From positions 1-10,964 of IMG/VR virus record IMGVR_UViG_3300002461_000870: a stretch of 10,964 nucleotides of DNA; one strand, given 5' to 3'. Below, piece after piece: positions 1-4,849 of this stretch. Under the pieces are notes generated by a model. That model was not told the DNA's origin. It ran no database searches and saw only the letters and a program-made list of their open reading frames with translations. This DNA is from a virus. Each line of letters begins with the position of its first letter. Positions within the stretch are counted from its first letter, which is position 1. The position numbers were made by a program, and so were the translations under genes.

Positions 1-94
1 ATCTCAAAGACCAAGCGGTGCGCATCCAAGCCGAAACAGACCGCGCGCACGCGCGCATCGATCAATTCGTCATGAGGGAGTCGAGGCAATGAAG
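1..94. repeat. Terminal redundancy, copy 1 (identical to 10871-10964). It contains the 3' end of the 61-aa ORF (stop 90-92).
   Basis: Base-by-base comparison of 1-94 with 10871-10964 shows identity. This is typical of the end overlap of a circular contig. Confidence 0.95.
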
Positions 95-370
95 CAACAT
101 CACGCATTCACGTTTGACCGCAAGCCGGTCCCCGGGGCCGTGCCGATCATGGTGACGTCGACCTTCGAAGCGTCGGACGATGGCCAGCTGCGCCATTACA
201 CCGACGGGCGCCTTCGCGCCGAAGTGCCGCCCGAGGGCTGGGATGCCTACGCGGAGCAATGGCCCGATTCGCGCGCCATGGTGAACGAGCTCAAAGGCAA
301 GCCGGTCGTAGAGCAGACGATTTTCATCGGGGCGGACGCGCTCGCCAAGCAAGCCGAACTGGTGAAGTAA
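89..370 (+). CDS. Hypothetical soluble protein, 93 aa
   Basis: The ATG at 89 overlaps the TGA of the upstream 61-aa ORF (ATGA). GAGGGAG lies at 74-80. Third codon positions are strongly G/C. No TM segment or recognisable motif. Confidence 0.7.
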   Translation: MKQHHAFTFDRKPVPGAVPIMVTSTFEASDDGQLRHYTDGRLRAEVPPEGWDAYAEQWPDSRAMVNELKGKPVVEQTIFIGADALAKQAELVK

Positions 371-510
371 TGAGTCCGTACATCCCAAGCCTGCCGCAAG
401 TCTCTCGCGAGGTAATCGCGATACTGATCGCCACCGTTGCGGCGGCCTGGATCATCTCTCGCATCCCTGCCGTGCGCCAGCTGGTGCGCGAAAACTCCCT
501 GAACGGCTGA
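370..510 (+). CDS. Small single-pass membrane protein, 46 aa
   Basis: The ATG at 370 overlaps the upstream TAA (TAATG). The hydrophobic helix is VIAILIATVAAAWII. This is the C-terminal part of track ORF 259-510. Third positions are G/C-rich. Confidence 0.6.
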   Translation: MSPYIPSLPQVSREVIAILIATVAAAWIISRIPAVRQLVRENSLNG

Positions 511-513
511 TCC

Positions 514-687
514 ATGCTCGATCGTCTGAAAGCGCGCGCGCATGAGCCGTCGACGTGGGCGGGGCTCGCGGTGCTCGCGTCGATCCTAGGCGTGGACGGG
601 GCCGAACAATTCACGGCGCCAGACATTGCCGGGGCACTCGCGGCCGTGGCGGCCATCCTGATGAAAGAAGCAAACAATGCGCGATGA
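514..687 (+). CDS. Small membrane protein with two hydrophobic segments, 57 aa (hand-translated, below the ORF-track cutoff)
   Basis: The ATG at 514 lies 3 nt after the previous stop. Translation: MLDRLKARAHEPSTWAGLAVLASILGVDGAEQFTAPDIAGALAAVAAILMKEANNAR, with TGA at 685-687. Third positions are G/C-rich. It overlaps the next ORF by 11 nt. Confidence 0.55.
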   Translation: MLDRLKARAHEPSTWAGLAVLASILGVDGAEQFTAPDIAGALAAVAAILMKEANNAR

Positions 688-1144
688 TCTACTCGAAGAT
701 GGCGTTTCGTCGTTGTGTTTGGCGGTCGGTAGTTCGCCGGTTTTGCTGACAGGGACGCTAGTCGAGCAGGCGCTCGCTACCATTTCCGTTCCGCCGTCGG
801 CCGTTCGCCCAAATTCATTGTTTCGGATTTGGACGATGTGGTCGGTCACCAACAACGCCAACGTGAAAACCGTTCGCCTTCGTGCCAATGGTGTCGTCTG
901 GCATGTCTCCGCGCTGACCAGCGTCGCAACCGGATCGATCATGGGGCTGACTCCAATGCGAGGTCTGTCGGGTCAGGCGCACAATCCAGCGATGACTGCG
1001 CCGTTCATCACTGGCGTCGCGCCCGTCGCCTTGACGAGCGTCGATTGTTCGACCGGCTTCGAATTGACTGTGACCGCTCAGTTGACCAACATCGCCGACT
1101 CGATGACGCTAGAGGCTTACTGCGTCGAAGTGCTCGGGCGATGA
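677..1144 (+). CDS. Beta-rich soluble protein, 155 aa. Candidate minor capsid/vertex (single jelly-roll-like) protein.
   Basis: ATG at 677 with high GC3. The sequence has alternating hydrophobic and Thr/Ser/Val-rich stretches (VKTVRLRANGVVWHVSALTSV, FELTVTAQLTNIADSMTLEAYCVEVL) and no TM. The function is inference only. Confidence 0.7.
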   Translation: MRDDLLEDGVSSLCLAVGSSPVLLTGTLVEQALATISVPPSAVRPNSLFRIWTMWSVTNNANVKTVRLRANGVVWHVSALTSVATGSIMGLTPMRGLSGQAHNPAMTAPFITGVAPVALTSVDCSTGFELTVTAQLTNIADSMTLEAYCVEVLGR

Positions 1145-1236
1145 ACTCCAGCGATTGGGTGCTGCTCGGCGTGGGCCTGTGGCTGGTGTGGGAACTGCGC
1201 CGGCAGACTCAACCCGCGCGCGCCATCAGGGTATAA
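1141..1236 (+). CDS. Tiny membrane peptide, 31 aa; last gene of the late operon
   Basis: ATGA overlap with the previous stop. Translation: MNSSDWVLLGVGLWLVWELRRQTQPARAIRV, with TAA at 1234-1236. It has a Trp-flanked TM helix followed by a basic tail. Confidence 0.5.
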   Translation: MNSSDWVLLGVGLWLVWELRRQTQPARAIRV

Positions 1237-1544
1237 GCGTCGCCAGCTCGGGCGCCCGATGCCCGCAGCAGCATGTAGGCGCGCAGCTCGCGCGCGTCGA
1301 TCGCGTTGCGCATGTCGGGCGGGCGCAATAGCCCGTCCACGTCGAACCACCAACCCCGCCAGGCGTCACCCGCGCGCGGCCCCACGTGCCCCCCGTGATA
1401 CATCTCGAGCAGTCGATGCACCGACAGAGGTGCTGGCCGATCGCCACGGCGCCAGCGCATCGCGGTTGTGCGATCGACGCCGGCCAGGTCGGCCAGCTGG
1501 GGCGTCGTCACCCAATCGAGCAGGAGTAGCGTGCCAGTGCGCAT
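1209..1544 (-). CDS. Putative HTH DNA-binding regulator, 111 aa; second gene of the leftward operon
   Basis: An internal ATG at 1544 avoids overlap with the upstream gene (8-nt gap). The HTH-like segment is TTPQLADLAGVDRTTAMRWRRG. The Trp/Arg-rich C-terminal half (AWRGWWFDVDGLLRPPD) recalls small phage regulators. The family name is not asserted. Confidence 0.65.
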   Translation of the reverse strand: MRTGTLLLLDWVTTPQLADLAGVDRTTAMRWRRGDRPAPLSVHRLLEMYHGGHVGPRAGDAWRGWWFDVDGLLRPPDMRNAIDARELRAYMLLRASGARAGDAYTLMARAG

Positions 1545-1552
1545 AGCCGGCT

Positions 1553-1987
1553 TTACGGCCAGGCGCGGGCGATTTTGAGGGCGAAGTGAAGCGCGATCGC
1601 GATCGCCGGCCATTGCGCATAATGTGTAGCCTGTAGGTCAAAAAAACCCGCAACCGCGGGGCCGGGCAGCGTCCCGGCAAGGGCCACGATTCCCACGGCC
1701 AAACAAAGGCATGCGGCCTGCGCCATCCGGCGCGCAACGCGCTCCCAAACCCGTTTTTCATCTGTGCGTTTTGCACGCTCGGCGCTCATGCACGCCAGCA
1801 CATAGCCCGGATCGAGGCGCAATTCAGCGGCGACCCGCAGCGCGATTTCCGGGCTCATGGCCGTAGTGCCCGCTCGATAGTGGGATAGCGTCTGCTTCGT
1901 GATGCCGAGATGCTTTGCGATGCCGTAGTCCGACTCGATGCCGGTGCGATCTTTCAAAGCTCGTACGAGTGCCGCCGTGGTGTGCAT
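1553..1987 (-). CDS. XRE-family HTH transcriptional regulator with hydrophobic (membrane-anchoring) C-terminal region, 144 aa
   Basis: The ATG at 1987 is preceded by GGGAGA (plus-strand 1993-1998). The HTH is GIAKHLGITKQTLSHYRAGTTAMSPEIALRVAAEL. The C-terminus has two hydrophobic stretches (AACLCLAVGIVALAGTLPGPAVAGFF and WPAIAIALHFALKIA). The TTG at 2026 given in the ORF track lies upstream of the predicted -10 and is rejected. Confidence 0.8.
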   Translation of the reverse strand: MHTTAALVRALKDRTGIESDYGIAKHLGITKQTLSHYRAGTTAMSPEIALRVAAELRLDPGYVLACMSAERAKRTDEKRVWERVARRMAQAACLCLAVGIVALAGTLPGPAVAGFFDLQATHYAQWPAIAIALHFALKIARAWP

Positions 1988-2014
1988 GCCTGTCTCCCGC
2001 CAAGGATCGATCGA

Positions 2015-2043
2015 AAAATAGTCCAACGCCGTTCGACGTTCAA
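2015..2043 (-). promoter_or_regulatory. Leftward sigma70-like promoter for the regulator operon
   Basis: The minus strand reads TTGAAC-17 nt-TATTTT (-35 at 2038-2043, -10 at 2015-2020). The predicted transcription start near 2008, the SD at 1998-1993 and the ATG at 1987 fit together geometrically. Confidence 0.55.
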
Positions 2044-2055
2044 GGTCAGGGACAT

Positions 2056-2084
2056 TTGACCGTCTAAGGGGACTGGACTACTAT
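2056..2084 (+). promoter_or_regulatory. Rightward sigma70-like early promoter
   Basis: TTGACC (2056-2061), a 17-nt spacer, then TACTAT (2079-2084). It is a 21/29 mirror copy of the leftward promoter. Confidence 0.6.
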
Positions 2085-2113
2085 GCACGTGCCGCGCCCG
2101 GTGTCGGTCCTCC

Positions 2114-2152
2114 GCCAAGGGTCCGCGCCGGCCGGCACCCAACCCCCTTGGC
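2114..2152 (+). promoter_or_regulatory. Leader stem-loop in the early-right 5' UTR
   Basis: GCCAAGGG (2114-2121) pairs with CCCTTGGC (2145-2152). The loop contains the palindrome GCCGGCCGGC (2127-2136). The stem ends 1 nt before the SD AAGGAAA (2154-2160). Confidence 0.3.
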
Positions 2153-2165
2153 AAAGGAAACGACT

Positions 2166-2453
2166 ATGTACGGCACTCCCAAAGCGGCGCCCCCAGCGCC
2201 CGAAACGCTCGAAAACCCGATCGGCTGGAAATGTACCGGCTACACCCATGGCTGTTTTTGCCCGGCATGCGGTGCGCGAGACATCGCACGGGCGGAGCAT
2301 CTAAACCGGCTTCGCGCGGCGCCAGTCGATCAAGCGGCGCTCGAATACGCGCGTGAACTCAATCGGGAACTCGCCAAACAGCACGCGCTGGATATGGCCA
2401 ACGCGCTGAGTGAATTGTTCTCGGCTCCGACGAGGGGGGGGCGCCATGGCTGA
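2166..2453 (+). CDS. Small Cys/His-cluster (putative zinc-binding) protein, 95 aa; first gene of the early-right operon
   Basis: The ATG at 2166 follows AAGGAAA by 5 nt (7 nt after its GGA core). The motif is WKCTGYTHGCFCPAC (C-x4-H-x-C-x-C-x2-C), followed by a helical tail. The TTG at 2148 in the ORF track has no SD. Confidence 0.7.
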   Translation: MYGTPKAAPPAPETLENPIGWKCTGYTHGCFCPACGARDIARAEHLNRLRAAPVDQAALEYARELNRELAKQHALDMANALSELFSAPTRGGRHG

Positions 2454-2649
2454 CCCGTTCATTGTGTCGGTCGATCCGGCGAATACGGGCCTGATCGAGC
2501 AAGCGGTGCACGCGGCCAAGGCGGCCGGCTCACTTCAGACGAATGACGCGATCCTGGGCGAACTGCTGGCGCTCGGAGCGTTCGAGGTCGTGCTACGGGC
2601 CAAGGCGGCCGGCTCAGTGCTCAACGCGGTCCGGGGGGCGCTCAATTGA
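2446..2649 (+). CDS. Hypothetical protein, 67 aa, with internal AKAAGS repeat
   Basis: The ATG at 2446 is preceded by GAGGGGGG. There is an 8-nt overlap with the upstream gene. GC3 is high. It contains an exact 19-bp in-frame direct repeat (2514-2532 and 2598-2616). Confidence 0.65.
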   Translation: MADPFIVSVDPANTGLIEQAVHAAKAAGSLQTNDAILGELLALGAFEVVLRAKAAGSVLNAVRGALN

Positions 2650-2903
2650 TCGACGAACGCGCCCGCGCGCTCGCGGAAATCCTCCCCGCGTTGCAGCAGT
2701 ACATAGAGCTAGGGGAAGCGATCAACTCGGCTCTCAAATCCAACCAGCTGCCCGCATCCCTGCCGCAAGTCGCCGCCCGCAGCGTCCACACGGCGCTCGT
2801 GGCGCTCGCGGCGCAGGAAATCCTAGCCCGTGCCCCACAAACGGCCGACGGCGTCGCCAAGCGGCTTGCAGGGCTCACGGCGCCGGCCAGGGCGGCGGCA
2901 TGA
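2646..2903 (+). CDS. Hypothetical helical protein, 85 aa
   Basis: The TTG start overlaps the upstream TGA (TTGA). GC3 is high. It fills the operon without gaps. The non-ATG start lowers confidence. Confidence 0.55.
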   Translation: MIDERARALAEILPALQQYIELGEAINSALKSNQLPASLPQVAARSVHTALVALAAQEILARAPQTADGVAKRLAGLTAPARAAA

Positions 2904-3103
2904 TCGAGCGAGGCTACATTTTCCGTATTGACGGCCTTGAACTCGAGGGCTTCGAACGTCTGCTCGGAGTCGGGCTCAGTGAAACCTGCGGCGTTTGGCC
3001 AGCTGATGAGACGAGAGCGGCCGAAGAACTGCAAATTGCGATCGACGGGGCGGTGCGGATCGAGGTGCGTGTTTACCGTATCACGGGGCGGCCTCTCGAA
3101 TGA
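2900..3103 (+). CDS. Hypothetical protein, 67 aa
   Basis: There are ATGA overlaps at both ends (2900 and 3100). GC3 is high. This is the only part of track ORF 2543-3103 that looks coding. Confidence 0.65.
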   Translation: MIERGYIFRIDGLELEGFERLLGVGLSETCGVWPADETRAAEELQIAIDGAVRIEVRVYRITGRPLE

Positions 3104-4410
3104 TCGCCGCCCCCCGTTCGATCGAGGGGGCTGGACCCCTTCTAGGTATAATTGCGAAATCCATACACGCGGCCCGGCCGAAGCGGTCGAATTCTCAGCC
3201 GAAAGCGGCGGCCGGGGCGCAGCGTATGCGATTCGAACTCCAGCGCGCGGCGCAATCCCTGCTCTACGTTCGAGACGCGCCGCACGCGAACCAGCATCGG
3301 ACGTGCTGGTGCCACCGTCGGATCAAGGACCGCGACGAAACATTGACGGTTTACAGGTCGGTTGACGGCGGCCGATCGCGCATCCAGGGCATCGGGACAT
3401 GCGGCAACGTCTGGACGTGCCCGGTGTGCTCGTCGAAGGTGTGCGAGGTTCGCCGCGATGAACTGGCGACGGCCATGATCGTGGCGCAGTCGCTCGGGCA
3501 CCATGCGTACCTGCTCACGCTCACGTCGCCGCATCGAGCCGAAGATGCGCTCGATCCGCTGCTCGATCGCCAGAAAAAGGCGCTTCAATCGTTCCGCAAC
3601 TCTCGCGGCTTCAAGGCGATCGCCGCGCGCTATTCCCGGCTCGGCGCGATTCACGCCAGTGAATGCACATGGGGCATCAACGGATGGCATCCGCACGCGC
3701 ACGATCTTTGGCTAGCCGCGCCCGGCCTGGAAGGGGATTTTTCGACGCTGCGCCGGTTGAAAGGTTTATGGCTACGCGCGCAGCTGAAAGCGGGCCTATT
3801 GCGTTTGGATGGAACCCTCAAGCCGCTGCGCGATGCTTGGCGGCATGGGCTCGATCTGCGCGGCGGTCAATACGCGGCCGAGTACATCGCCAAATTCGGC
3901 CACGATTCCGCCTGGGGGCTCTCGTCAGAGGTCACACGACCGCACGCGAAGGTGGGGCTTAGGAGAGAGGCGGGCGATGGCCAGCATTTCACGCCGTTCG
4001 CTCTGCTCGAATGGGCGATGGGCGGCGACTCGACCGCGCGCGCCGCGTTCCAGGAATACGCGCGCGCCTACTCGGGGCGAAGGATGCTCGTCTGGTCGCG
4101 GGGCTTGAAAGCGGCGCTCGGGATCGCAGAAATCAACGATGAACTCGCGGCTGAACGCGAAATGGGCGAGGAAGTGAAAGTTGGGATCCTGCACGCGGAC
4201 GCATACGCGGTCGTGATGAAGGCGCGCGCGCTGGGCGAGTTCATGGAGTACGCATCGCAGTCTTGCATCGACCCGGATACCTCGCAGCGCGATCTGGACG
4301 ACTTTATCGATTACCTGCGCGCACGGCTGCGCGATCGGGCGCCCCCCGGTCGGCCGGATCTGGTTTCACCGAGGGGCGCTCTGTGGTCTTACCCGGGGAG
4401 CGTGCAGTGA
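3100..4410 (+). CDS. rep: Rolling-circle replication initiator, HUH endonuclease superfamily I (two-tyrosine, phiX174 A / P2 A / PM2 P12-like class), 436 aa
   Basis: Motif 1 is YLLTLT (LLTLT at 3511-3525). Motif 2 is WHPHAHDLWL, with HPHAH at 3688-3702. Motif 3 is YAAEYIAKF, with Tyr codons at 3871 and 3883. There is an N-terminal Cys cluster, TCGNVWTCPVC (3400-3429). The start is uncertain: the ATGA-coupled ATG at 3100 or the ATG at 3226. Confidence 0.9.
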   Translation: MIAAPRSIEGAGPLLGIIAKSIHAARPKRSNSQPKAAAGAQRMRFELQRAAQSLLYVRDAPHANQHRTCWCHRRIKDRDETLTVYRSVDGGRSRIQGIGTCGNVWTCPVCSSKVCEVRRDELATAMIVAQSLGHHAYLLTLTSPHRAEDALDPLLDRQKKALQSFRNSRGFKAIAARYSRLGAIHASECTWGINGWHPHAHDLWLAAPGLEGDFSTLRRLKGLWLRAQLKAGLLRLDGTLKPLRDAWRHGLDLRGGQYAAEYIAKFGHDSAWGLSSEVTRPHAKVGLRREAGDGQHFTPFALLEWAMGGDSTARAAFQEYARAYSGRRMLVWSRGLKAALGIAEINDELAAEREMGEEVKVGILHADAYAVVMKARALGEFMEYASQSCIDPDTSQRDLDDFIDYLRARLRDRAPPGRPDLVSPRGALWSYPGSVQ

Positions 4411-4564
4411 CAACGTTTCAACGCATCAATGCCTTAACTCCAAAAGCATCTCGACTGCTCGATAGCCCGTTCGTTACTGCTGAAATGCGCTCGACGGTGC
4501 ATGAGATAATTCTGATCTTGGCGGATCTGGACCAGCGAATCACCCAACTGGAAAGGGAACGCCA
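4411..4564 (+). promoter_or_regulatory. Low-GC intergenic control region; candidate late promoter with extended -10
   Basis: About 47 percent GC over 4411-4520 by hand count, against the mid-60s elsewhere. TGAGATAAT at 4502-4510 fits the extended -10 pattern TGnTATAAT, and no good -35 is present. The SD GGAAAGGGAA lies at 4550-4559. Confidence 0.45.
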
Positions 4565-4849
4565 ATGGCCACAGGTGACAAACTCGGGCGGCTAGTGTGC
4601 CCGTGCTGCTCGGGCGCGTGGGAAGCGACCGAGATGAAAGGCGGCGGCACGTCGTTCAAGTGCCCGAATGGGTTTGTCGGCTGGGCCAAGGGACCGCGCG
4701 CCAATGCCGGCATACTCGCCAAGCTCAAGCCGGCAGCGCCGGCCGCAAAGGTACCCGCTGCGCCAGCTGCTGCACCAGCTGCGAAACCCGCACCGACACC
4801 CGCCAAGCGCGGCGGCTTCATGGCCTTTCTCGCGGGGGATGACGAATGA
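4565..4849 (+). CDS. Cys-cluster protein with Lys/Ala/Pro-rich low-complexity tail, 94 aa
   Basis: ATG at 4565 with a strong SD. The Cys cluster is CPCC-x17-C. The tail is AKLKPAAPAAKVPAAPAAAPAAKPAPTPAKR (about 4718-4810). The C-terminus is GGFMAFLAGDDE. Confidence 0.75.
   Translation: MATGDKLGRLVCPCCSGAWEATEMKGGGTSFKCPNGFVGWAKGPRANAGILAKLKPAAPAAKVPAAPAAAPAAKPAPTPAKRGGFMAFLAGDDE

Noticed and set aside
1-94. The terminal repeat as a biological direct terminal repeat, LTR or att site
   Set aside because: The repeat cuts through a coding sequence, and a coupled ATGA gene junction continues seamlessly across it. There is no integrase or flanking host DNA. The simplest reading is the overlap of a circular assembly.
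390-402. 13-bp exact repeat CCTGCCGCAAGTC at 390-402 and 2759-2771 (both encode SLPQV)
   Set aside because: One or a few 13-mer coincidences are expected by chance in about 11 kb of biased composition. The flanks do not match, and neither copy lies in a regulatory position.
1593-1606. GCGATCGC (HIP1) enrichment as evidence for a cyanobacterial host
   Set aside because: The octamer can arise from codon pairs favoured in any high-GC genome. SD usage, the XRE/HTH regulator types and overall composition fit high-GC Proteobacteria at least as well. The host cannot be assigned from this window alone.
1209-1987. The minus-strand gene pair as a toxin-antitoxin module
   Set aside because: Both proteins carry HTH-like segments and neither shows a toxin fold motif. 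Their position beside a mirrored divergent promoter fits a repressor operon better.
2543-3103. 186-aa plus-strand ORF
   Set aside because: Only the last 67 codons (from the ATGA-coupled ATG at 2900) look coding. The N-terminal 119 residues are an Arg-rich out-of-frame shadow of the 67-aa and 85-aa genes.
4263-4595. Track ORF of 110 aa, or its GTGA-coupled 62-aa version starting at 4407, spanning the rep/late-operon gap
   Set aside because: Its first part overlaps rep in another frame. The part beyond rep has only about 56 percent G/C third positions by hand count, against clearly higher values in neighbouring genes, and uses many codons rare here. It also overlaps the well-supported ATG/SD of the next gene by 31 nt. 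I treat it as non-coding regulatory DNA, though a small real ORF cannot be excluded.
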